Shown piece after piece: positions 47,500-57,458 of a DNA stretch of 64,000 nt (positions within the stretch are counted from its first letter, which is position 1; the number at the start of each line of letters is the position of its first letter). The notes under the pieces are model-generated. The model did no database searches. It saw only the letters and a list, made by a program, of their open reading frames with translations, and was not told the origin of the DNA. Both the position numbers and the translations under genes were made by a program. This DNA is from Trypanosoma brucei (taxonomy: Eukaryota), in assembly GCA_000002445.1 (NCBI GenBank), contig CH464491.1, forward strand, positions 4,448,001-4,512,000, written 5' to 3'.

Positions 47500-50400
47500 G
47501 GGTCGTAGGCATGCGCCATTTTTTAATGTGACGGTAAATGTTAGCGAAAGTTCTTTTAAATTTGACTTCTTTTTTTTTTTCATTCCATGGCTTATAACCG
47601 CATGTAGACATACAGTCGTGGGCACTTTCCTTCTGGCTTCGTCACTTGAGCGCGTATATCTTACAGCTAAAATGCTTTCGTTGTTACTTTTGTTATCGTC
47701 TGGGGATATAGCATCAACACCTCTATGGAGGTTACCGTATAAGCATATTGATATGGTGACTAACCACACGCACTATATGCCCCTTTTTGATTTTTCCCGT
47801 TGGCTTTTATGAGTTTTGTTCCGGGATGAACAAGCACTACCAAAATAAATGGAAATAGTGTTTTGCCTTTAATTCTTCCCATTGGGTGTTATTATTATTA
47901 TTTTTTTCGCATATATTAAATAAAACAGTCTTTGATCGTAGACAGTTCTCAGAAACAGTGAACTTACATTATAACCACCTTTCGTATGTTGTGTTTTGTC
48001 GTAATGTTGAAAAGTCTTCCTCCGTCAAACATGAATGTCTTTCTTACTCCTCCAACGCTAATAGTGCCTACTCAATTTTGAATTGAGGCGCCTGCTCCCC
48101 CACAAGGGTCCTTGGCATGACGAAAAAAAAAAAAGCGTACGCATTGCAGTGTGTTCAACTCGTGAATTTACGAATATTCGATGTTACGCCTCTATTCTTC
48201 TCATGTTGGTTTTCTCATTCCAAGGTGGCCTGAGCATTTGTTTCCGGCCATGGCACCACGTTGCGCCCATATAAACCGCCCTCCAGAGACCCTGTTTTGC
48301 CAGCGCGCTGTGGCTCTGCGTAATGCGGCTTGACGGCTCGCTTACTTAACTGAATCCCTGCATCATTTCTCCATCCCCTTGCTTGTGTTTCCCAACCCCC
48401 TGTTGTTTTGCTGCACACTTTCCTCCCTATTTCTACATTCCACAAGGGTCCCAAGTGTGTGTATGTGTGTACGTGTATGTTGTTGTTGTTTTGGCGACAG
48501 CAATCCCAGTGCTTACGCACGCACAACTATGCTAAGAACACCCGTGGCGGGAACTCTGTCACAACAGCCACACACAAATAAAAAAAAACTCGCAACCTAG
48601 TTGAGATTATCACAGAGGCAATGTTGCCGCTTTGCCGTGGAGCATTCAGGGAGGTTCGGGGTACAGAATGTGCGGCCCTTTAACATTAATAGTAGCGAGG
48701 CGGTAGACGGAGTAGCTGAGTTGCGTGAGCCCTAAGCGCCACGGGCCCCAGCGCAGAATATACAACAGAGAGCGAAGCTGATGTATTTTTCCCTCTTGGT
48801 GATGCACAATCCGTATTCTCGTGTCGTGAACTCTTGTGACATGCGAGCGGGCGATGGTGCTTCGTGTCCTGAACCATCTCTAAAGGGCTCGGCTGGATGC
48901 TTTTGGATGTGTTTTCATCCCTCAATGCTCCGCGACAAATATCTAAACCTATTCCCCACGCTGTGTGTGTGTGGGGGGGGGGGGGAGATCAACTTGCTCT
49001 CGATTGATGTGTGAAACGGACCACTCTCGGAATGTGCACAAGCAGAGCGACGAGTCGCTGTATGAAAAAAATAAAATAAAATAACCCAAACCCGTGAAAC
49101 TGTCAACCGGATCCGCACCAGTTGAGTTTGGGAAAAGTTGGAGTTGGGCGCAACCTGCCGAGTGGCACATCGCTTTACGGGATATCGCTGCTGCATGGAG
49201 GAAAATATGATTAGTGCAACCGTCGCAACACCCGCGGCGTCAGCAACCCCGCATGGTTCGGTACGGCCACCGCCACCCGACCTTAACTGAGCCGTCGCCT
49301 TGTTTGTTTTTTTTTTTTTAGCGGGAACGCGTAAAGAGTTTGAACCCGGTGGCCTCTGAATCTGCGGGGAATTATTTCTCCCATCGATGGCGTCATAGCG
49401 AGAGCGCCAACAATAATGAGGAACTTAACAGAACGGACGTGGTGCGCACAGTGCGGAAGCCCTAATGGGAATAATCGCCGTCACGTTGGGAAGGTGACTG
49501 ACGCTGCTAAATATGAATGTGCTCAGCAGGCATTAGAGAAAATATCAGCGTGAAGTGCAGGCGTTCGCCGCCGTGTGGTATCGAATTCAAGATGTTAAGC
49601 TGAGAAAGTTGGATGACACTTCGGGCGCCGTCACCATTTTATGGGAAGAAGAGAGAGAGAGAGATCGGTGGCAATGCGTCAGAACCACAATATTACCGAG
49701 CAGTAAGGGGCGAAATGCAATGCATAAAATACATTGAACATATTAACTGATAGAACTAAAGGACATATAAAAGTGCGGAGGTAAAAAGGCATTGCTCAAC
49801 AGCATCACGTCCATTTCGCCGATGCTGAGACGCCGTCCCACCCTCAGTCTTTACATATTTCGTCACACGTGTAGCGGACTGACCCCAGCGCGTATCCAAG
49901 TGAATGTGCCGATGCGGGCGCGCGCTGTACAATAAATGCCGCGCTGACAGGAACGAATCAGAAGGTGCTGCTGGCCTTAAAGCTTCAGCACATCGCAAAT
50001 GTATAAACAATAACGCTGCGGGAGCAATGAAATGGAAGTGTAATGGAATATGCATTACGTTTTACACCTTTTCGGAAGCATATGTGCGCTGGTGGCGCAT
50101 CCTTGCTCACATTCGTCCCGCATCAAATGGGATCACTCTGAAAATAAAGAGAGATACGACCACGTTTCCGCATGGGCGTATCGGTATGGCTGTTCGACTC
50201 AACGCATCTCCGCCGAAAGCATACAAAAAAAAATAAAACGATGGAGACGCCGTATTTTCGAGTATGAACGAGTCCACGGTGGCAGCGGCGGGACCTGAAC
50301 CCACAGTGGTGGTGGTGGGGGGGGGGTGTGAGGACGTTGCTCCGTAATCATTTTCTAATGTGAAATGTAATTCGGTCACCCCTCATATGCAAAGGTGTCG

Positions 50401-51055
50401 GGTACATGTAAGGTAGCCAAACGCAATTGTGCTGCATGAATGGTGAAGAGTATTTAAAACGGTAGCTGAAGGCATTGATTTTTAAAAAAACAAAAAAAAC
50501 AGAGACCTCATCGGTGCTTTGTCTGGAGTATTGCCATTTGGAATGAAAACGGGCACATAAAAACCCCCTGTGGGGAACTTTAAATCCTAGAAAAGGGCAA
50601 TCAGAAGGTGAATGTAATGAAAGTCCACTGAGAGCGGGAGGCACTCGGGACGCAAAATGCCACCTCATGTTACCATGCCTGAGGTGTCGCTTTACCTCGA
50701 AACAGAAAGACAAGGAAACTATGACCAGGAAAAGGTGGAACCGCATCATACAAGAACCCTTCGCAAATAAGGCAGTGCTGACGGTGTGTCGGCATCAGGA
50801 GCACAGACCGAATCAAGAGCGTTACCGCAACCCAAACATAAGTGGAGCGATGGCATCAAAACAGCGTCTTGCCACTTGCAAATTGCTTGGGAGTGGAAAG
50901 GCAGACGCACACCACTGAGGGTCGAGGTTACTCAAACCCCGCACACGTGGCAAAATACACAAATGAAAAAATCATTGTCTGGTGAATGAAGTCGCTTCAG
51001 CACGTCTGGCGCACGTTCCGCGGCACTCAAAAGTTTCGTATTTGAAGCCTCAAAA

Positions 51056-51172
51056 GGTTAGGGTTAGGGAGATGTGTAAAATCAAGGCTGCAGAGGGCCC
51101 TGATCGGTTATGAAGTCGTGCCCGAAGAACCCTAACACCAACCCTAATCATAATGATCGTCTCTGTAACCCT
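51056..51172. repeat. Interstitial telomere-like hexamers in head-to-head orientation. ggttagggttaggg is followed ~60 bp later by degenerate ccctaa units (ccctaacaccaaccctaatca ... aaccctcag).
   Basis: Seen directly at 51056-51070 and 51128-51172. Confidence 0.7.
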
Positions 51173-52104
51173 CAGTGCTATAGAAAGATGCGTCCGCGCA
51201 CACGGCAGCACAAACACATGTCAATTGAGGTCTACAACGAAAACTCGCTGCTCAACTCAAGAAAACAAACTTTAAAAACAAAGAGCTATGAAGCAATATG
51301 CGGCGCTCAACCCTCGCGCATCCGCCCTTACAATATGCCACCAAAACGTGAGTTCAAGGAAATGGCCTACCAACAAAAGAGAAGCAACAGACAGCACCCA
51401 AGTGAGCGGTAAACACTAAGAAAAAAGGAAACATTTTCAACCCAGCAGACGTGGCGTCAGCCCGACCGACACGCATGTCGCCTCCTCATCAAGCATGCAA
51501 AAATACACCGCCCCCGTCACCACCATCACTGCCACAATAACTCCAGTCACAAAAATAAAAAAACCTACTAAGAATAACATCACGCTCCTTAACAGAAAAG
51601 ACGATACAACGCCTCAACGGCACCTTCAACAATAGGGAACAGCATATACATTCTTCCATAGGTCCACTGAAACTCACGCCTACTAAGCATTATTGATGGC
51701 AACCCACTTAAACCACCATCTTCCGCAAGTTCCCATATATGTTTCGGCACCTGCACAGAAAAGCAACACAAGAGCACATGTCTTTCTCGCAACGCGTAAT
51801 ATTGCATGTATAATTGCACAGTATGCAACCAAAAATATACATATATGTTTTGCATGTATGTGTTTCTATATGCCGTTTGACATGGGAGATGAGGGATGCT
51901 ATACATAGTTCTGTTATTTTCTAACACGTATGTGTGTTAGAGTGTCTGTGTTAATATACTTTTTAATACATGCTCTACATAATATACAGTAGTAATAACA
52001 CAGAGAATACGTATGGAATGCGTATCTCTCTATATATATTTATGTATATATGCTATGTGTATATCAACCTCGCATATTTTCTCCCTGTTGACCATGGCTC
52101 CCAC

Positions 52105-52276
52105 AACGTGTCGCGATGGATGACTTGGCTTCCTATTTCGTTGAAGAACGCAGCAAAGTGCGATAAGTGGTATCAATTGCAGAATCATTTCATTGCCCAA
52201 TCTTTGAACGCAAACGGCGCATGGGAGAAGCTCTCTCGAGCCATCCCCGTGCATGCCACATTTCTCAGTGTCGAAT
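52105..52276 (+). rRNA. 5.8S rRNA.
   Basis: aacgtgtcgcgatggatgacttggcttcctatttcgttgaagaacgcagcaaagtgcgataagtggtatcaattgcagaatcatttcattgcccaatctttgaacgcaaacggcgcatgggagaag... This is a near-exact trypanosome 5.8S as recalled. Confidence 0.85.
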
Positions 52277-52870
52277 ATAAAAACATAACACACACCTATT
52301 TTGTGTTGTTCAACGCACGCACAAAATCCCGCCACCTCTTCTCCTCGTATGGTTCATATTCATGTTTGTGAGTGTGCACATATACGATATCTTTCAACTT
52401 TTTCTCCTCGCAAAATGGAGTATGTCGCGCATATACGTGTGTGTAGTGAGTGATATGGAAGAGAAATGGGAAAGGCATATATATATATATACGTATATAC
52501 ATAATATATATGTGTGTGGATTTGTGTGTTGAGCACATATAAGGAAAAAGGTCGTGTGTATATGCAGAGAGTCCGTGGCGGTTTAGACGTATGTATATAT
52601 ATCTATAATATATGCATATGTGTGTGTTCCGCTGTGGAGATTTTATATCATACGGAGAGTGTTCATATATATGTTTGTAGGCATGTATTTTGGCGCCCCG
52701 TATAGAGATTAAAAAAGAAGAGAAAAAGTATGCAAAAGAGGCGGCGGATAGTGTGTATGTGTGTATCACAGCAAGGAACTATATTTTGCAGCTTGAGTAT
52801 ATGCATATATGTACATTATGTGCTTGTGCTTCTTTCGTGTACGCTTCACTTTTTTATATTGCATTTTTCA
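52277..52870 (+). other. ITS2-like spacer between 5.8S and LSU. It is AT-rich with (TA)n and (TG)n microsatellites.
   Basis: Position between 5.8S and the LSU 5' end. tatatatatatata and tgtgtgtg tracts at 52470-52660. Confidence 0.6.
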
Positions 52871-54375
52871 GACCTGAGTGTGGCAGGACCACCCGCTAAA
52901 CTTAAGCATATTACTCAGCGGAGGAAAAGAAAACAACCGTGATTCTCTCAGTCAGCGGCGAGCGAAGAGGGATTCAACTCGTTGCCGAATCGGGTCTTAC
53001 ATGACCTCGAACTGTGGCACCATTTTTGTGGCCGTTCTTATAGGGCTGGTGCAGGCGTGGCGGAATTCAATTGCAAAGCAAACCCGTTGCTGAACACATT
53101 TACAACCCTTCATGTGAGTATTGAGCCAAAGAAGGTGTCAGCCCATTACATTCCTTAGCCACGGAGCCCACGCGCCTCCTCATGTTCGGTCCAAGAGAGT
53201 AGCACTGTTTGGGAATGCAGTGTCAAGCCGGCAGGTATTTGTCTGCCAAGGTTAAATATAGAGTAGGAAGACCGATAGCGAACAAGTAGCGTGAGCGAAA
53301 GTTTGAAAAGTACTTTGGAAAGAGAGTGACATAGAACCTGAAATCGTGACAACGACAATGGAAGTACCTCCATTTCTTTTTTTTACGGCCAGACCCAACC
53401 TCGCCGCGCAATTTCCTTCCGGGGCTCAACATCCGGTGGGTTTTCACTGTGCGGGTTTCTCTTTTGAGGTCATGGGGTGCGTGAGTGGGCGGAATAAAGG
53501 GTCGGTGTGTTGTGTGTGGGTTTTTTCTCTCACTCTCTTCCTCCTTCCCTGTCCGTGCGTCTCGACGCTGGCGATGGAAATGGGGTGCCCCCACCCGTCT
53601 TGAAACACGGACCAAGGAGTCAAACAGACGCGCAAGGGAGGAGTATGTATGTGAGAACTCTTTTCTCGTACTGAAAGGGAGGTGTGATTTTGCACCCGTG
53701 GCGTGCGCAATTTCTCTTTTTTGTGTTTTTGCCCAACGCCGGCCGGCCCCCCGTGGGCTGCGCGCGAGTGTGCCTGTTTGGACCCGAAAGGTGGTGAACT
53801 ATGCCTGAACAAGGTGAAGCCCGGGGAAACCCCGGTGGAGGCCTGTAGCGATGCTGACGTGCAAATCGCTCGTACGATTTGGGTATCGGAGCGAAAGACT
53901 CATCGAACCACCTAGTAGCTGGTTCACGTCGAAGTTTCCCTCAGGATAGCTGGTGCTTGTCTTTAAGAAGTATTGTGCGGTAAAGCAAATGATTAGAGGC
54001 ATTGGTGTTCTTGTAATATCGACCTATTCTCAAACTTTAAATGTGCAAACAACCCAGCCTTAGTTATCTTAACAAGGCTTTTGGGTACATAAGAATTGAG
54101 GCACCAAGTGGGCCTTCTTCGGTAAGCGGAGCAGGCGATGCGGAATGAACCGCTTAGGGATATGTGGCGTCAAAACTTGTGGGCTCATTCTCGATACGTG
54201 AAAAGGGTGTTAGCGGATAGGGACACTTGGACGGTGGCCATGGAAGTCGGCATCCGCTAATGAGTTTGTAACAACTCGCCAACCGAATTCACCGGCCCGG
54301 AAAATGGATGACGCTTAAGCCCCATGTGCGTGATTGCCAATTATTCCTTTGGTGAGGGCGGCTATATTTCTTTGT
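52871..54375 (+). rRNA. LSU (28S alpha) rRNA, 5' ~1.5 kb only. It is truncated or interrupted at the retroelement junction.
   Basis: Universally conserved LSU blocks are present. 5' end: gacc..acccgctaaacttaagcatat..agcggaggaaaagaaa. Then ggaaagagagt.a....acctgaaatcgtg, cccgtcttgaaacacggaccaaggagtc, gacccgaaaggtggtgaactatgcctg, gaaccacctagtagctggttc...gtttccctcaggatagctgg, ccatggaagtcggcatccgctaatgagtttgtaacaactcgccaaccgaat..accggcccggaaaatggatgacgcttaagc. Nothing rRNA-like follows the element. Confidence 0.85.
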
Positions 54376-54452
54376 CCCTGGCGATACCGGCCACCTCAAC
54401 GTGGTGCCAGGGTCCAGTACCCCGTATCATCGGGGGAAGCCAAGAGCCAGCA
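54376..54452 (+). promoter_or_regulatory. Pr77-like 5' signature of trypanosomatid retroposons. It is reported for L1Tc/ingi/RIME as an internal promoter-like element.
   Basis: The sequence begins CCCTGGCG and matches the remembered 77-79 nt signature. Confidence 0.6.
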
Positions 54453-54599
54453 GCTTTCCTTTCATGGGGAACACTGCTGTGCTCCGGCTACGGCATCATA
54501 CAGCACAGGGATCAGCAGCGTCTTGCTGGGACACCGTCTTTCATTTGTCGGTCCCTGGTCACGTGCCAGTGTGCCATCAGCAGTATCATCCGCACTAAG

Positions 54600-57458
54600 A
54601 TGCTGCTGTCCGGTGATGTGGAAGAGAATCCCGGCCCGTCGTTGCGCGGGATGCAGTGGAACTGCGCCGGGCTATCTCAAGGAAAGAGATTAGCACTCCA
54701 CAAAACCCTTGTTGATGAGCGGATCGCCTTTTGTCTGTTGAGCGAGACAAGGATGACGCCTGGAGTGGCGGCTTGCTTTAGTGTTGCTGGCTACCAACAT
54801 CACGGAATAGCTCGTAACTGCAAAGGAGGTGGTGTATCAATACTAGTGAGGGAGGACCTACCAGTCGAGACCGGTATGGCCGTTATTGGTCGCATTGAAA
54901 AAGTGCATGCAACAATTCACCTTGCACGTGGAACGGCGCTGACTGTCACGTCGGCATACATCCAACCAAAACACACCTTCACGGCAACTGACCTAGATAC
55001 GCTTCTGACGACTGACGGTGCCCAGCTCATCGGTGCAGAGGCTAACGCACACGCGTTGGCATGGGATCGCGCGAGCCCACCAAATACCAAGGGTGAAACC
55101 CTCACACAGTGGTGCATTGACAACCAGTTTCTGGTCTGCAACACTGGTGAGTGCACCAGGTACGCGCGCCACCACGGGGAGTCCACCCCTGATGTGACAC
55201 TGTCAAGGAATTGCACAGTGTACACGTGGACATCGCTGTATTCTCCCGATAGCGATCACCATCACATATTTTTCGACGTTATCGTTGGAGACGACACAGA
55301 TGCACTGAGTTGCCCGCGGCTTCGAAAGCCCATGTACGCATGGCTAAAAGCTAACTGGAGGAATTTCCGTCTCAAGGTTGACGAGCTCTGCAGGAAAATT
55401 GGTAGAGAAAAGAACATCAACACCCTGAAACAGAAATTGAGCTCCGCCATCCGCATTGCGACGAAGGTCTCCGTCCCCCGTGGCTGCAGAGCAACGCCAC
55501 CACATTGGACACCTGAGCTCGCGAAACTCGATGAAGAGATCGCTGGATGCGGACCCTCCCACCGAAGGGAAAAGTTGGTAGCCACGCGTAAGCAGATCCT
55601 GGACCGTACAACAAAGAAGAGATGGAGCACGCTATGCTCCAGACTTGCGGTGTCAGACCGCTGCAGTTGGCACATTGTCAAGAAGGTATATGCGCCACGA
55701 CCACTAACCACACCGGCTGTACTTGTTGATAACGCGGCCATCACGGACTACCGTCAAGCTGAGAGGTTCAGTAAACTGTACTCGTCCCGCGCAAGAAGGC
55801 ACCCCGACTCACACCCACCGGCACCCATAAAGATGACAAAGAGTGAGTTCAGTCCCATCACTATGGCTGAACTACGGAGATCGATCAAACTGCTACCGAG
55901 TGGATCCGCAGCCGGACCTGATTGCTTATACAACGAGGCACTGCAACATCTCGGTAGAACAGCGCTGAATGTTGTTCTGAGGCTATTCAATGAGAGCCTA
56001 CGAACGGGAGTCGTGCCGCCTGCATGGAAGACTGGTGTTATCATCCCCATCCTGAAGGCCGGAAAAAAGGCGGAGGACCTCGATTCTTACAGGCCTGTGA
56101 CGCTCACGAGCTGTCTCTGCAAAGTCATGGAGCGCATAATTGCCGCGAGGCTTAGAGACACTGTTGAGTCCCAGCTGACGCCGCAGCAATCAGGCTTTCG
56201 CCCCGGATGCTCAACGCTCGAACAACTCCTGCACGTCCGCGCTGCCCTCTGCCGTCCCACGCACCAATATCGTACGGGTGCTGTATTCGTCGACTACGAG
56301 AAGGCATTCGATACAGTAGACCACGACAAAATTGCGAGGGAAATGCACAGAATGAAGGTATCACCCCACATTGTGAAGTGGTGCGTATCATTTCTGAGTA
56401 ACCGAACTGGCAGAGTGAGATTCAAGGAGAAGCTCTCCAGAAGCAGAACATTTGAGCGAGGAGTGTCACAAGGAACTGTCCTTGGCCCAATCATGTTCAT
56501 TATTGTCATGAACTCGTTGAGCCAATGCCTTGCAGAAGTGCCGTTACTGCAGCATGGATTCTTTGCAGACGACCTGACGCTATTTTCGAGGCACACAGAG
56601 AGGGATGTCATCAACCACACACTACAGTGCGGCCTAAACGTGGTGTTACAGTGGTCACAAGAGTACTTCATGTTTGTCAACGTAGCGAAAACAAAGTGCA
56701 CACTCTTCGGGTGTATAGAGCGCCACCCCCTTACATTACAACTGGACGGCGAAAGAATAGGAGCTGACAGGACACCGAAGCTTCTAGGAGTAACATTCCA
56801 GTGTCTGCAAGGGATGGCAACACATGCGGCAGAGACAAGACGCAAGATGGACTTCAGACTACTGCAGATAGCAGCCATCTCAGCTTCTACATGGGGGCCA
56901 AGACGACAAGTGCTGAGAGCTTTTTATCTAGCACTCGTACAGGCACACACCATGTATGGCATCGAGGTATGGTACTGGGACGCTTCGAAACGAAGTCGCG
57001 ATCTCCTTTCAGCAGCACAACACAAAGCCAGTTGCATCATAGCTGGCATACCCCATGGGACGCGCAAAGAGGACTCTCTGCTGGAAGAAAACCTCCTGCC
57101 ACTCAAGACGGCCACTCTTGTGCGCAGCATGAAATTCATGCTGATGTGTGAGTCACGAGGCGGATGTTTGCGGCACAGTGCTGAGGAAGTATACCACAGC
57201 AAACACCCAGTCAGAGCCCTACATTCCCGCATCATGCGGTCCTACCCCCACCTCCACATTGAGCCACGCGAGCACCCACTAGAGACATCGACGCTCCGCC
57301 ACAGCTGCCGACCGTTATTTCACACGCAGATAAAGCCTGTGTGCGCTGATGACCCTGACGATGTCAAAAGAGAGGCTTCCGAAAAGTGGATTGCACGGCA
57401 TTTTGCACGGAGGGGGATAGGAGCCACCGCGGCGAGAGCACTACGAATTGTAGACTGA
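54600..57458 (+). CDS. ingi ORF segment 1: 2A-like peptide, AP endonuclease, reverse transcriptase. The track ORF starts at 54324 inside the rRNA flank; the first element-internal Met is at 54600.
   Basis: MLLSGDVEENPGP at 54600-54638. RT motif FADDLTLF. It ends at TGA 57456-57458, and the RNase H domain resumes in the +1 frame. Confidence 0.75.
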   Translation: MLLSGDVEENPGPSLRGMQWNCAGLSQGKRLALHKTLVDERIAFCLLSETRMTPGVAACFSVAGYQHHGIARNCKGGGVSILVREDLPVETGMAVIGRIEKVHATIHLARGTALTVTSAYIQPKHTFTATDLDTLLTTDGAQLIGAEANAHALAWDRASPPNTKGETLTQWCIDNQFLVCNTGECTRYARHHGESTPDVTLSRNCTVYTWTSLYSPDSDHHHIFFDVIVGDDTDALSCPRLRKPMYAWLKANWRNFRLKVDELCRKIGREKNINTLKQKLSSAIRIATKVSVPRGCRATPPHWTPELAKLDEEIAGCGPSHRREKLVATRKQILDRTTKKRWSTLCSRLAVSDRCSWHIVKKVYAPRPLTTPAVLVDNAAITDYRQAERFSKLYSSRARRHPDSHPPAPIKMTKSEFSPITMAELRRSIKLLPSGSAAGPDCLYNEALQHLGRTALNVVLRLFNESLRTGVVPPAWKTGVIIPILKAGKKAEDLDSYRPVTLTSCLCKVMERIIAARLRDTVESQLTPQQSGFRPGCSTLEQLLHVRAALCRPTHQYRTGAVFVDYEKAFDTVDHDKIAREMHRMKVSPHIVKWCVSFLSNRTGRVRFKEKLSRSRTFERGVSQGTVLGPIMFIIVMNSLSQCLAEVPLLQHGFFADDLTLFSRHTERDVINHTLQCGLNVVLQWSQEYFMFVNVAKTKCTLFGCIERHPLTLQLDGERIGADRTPKLLGVTFQCLQGMATHAAETRRKMDFRLLQIAAISASTWGPRRQVLRAFYLALVQAHTMYGIEVWYWDASKRSRDLLSAAQHKASCIIAGIPHGTRKEDSLLEENLLPLKTATLVRSMKFMLMCESRGGCLRHSAEEVYHSKHPVRALHSRIMRSYPHLHIEPREHPLETSTLRHSCRPLFHTQIKPVCADDPDDVKREASEKWIARHFARRGIGATAARALRIVD
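54615..54638 (+). other. 2A-like ribosomal-skipping motif DVEENPGP (D-x-E-x-NPGP) at the N-terminus of the retroelement ORF.
   Basis: gatgtggaagagaatcccggcccg. The motif is identical in form to the 2A-like sequence reported for T. brucei ingi/TSR1 (SSIIRTKML.SGDVEENPGP). Confidence 0.8.

Noticed and set aside
54324-54599. The first 92 codons of the 1044-aa track ORF (MCVIANYSFGEGGY…) look like the retroelement protein's N-terminus.
   Set aside because: The ATG lies inside conserved LSU rRNA sequence, and 54376-54599 is the element's untranslated Pr77-type leader that happens to be open in this frame. The first element-internal Met is at 54600.
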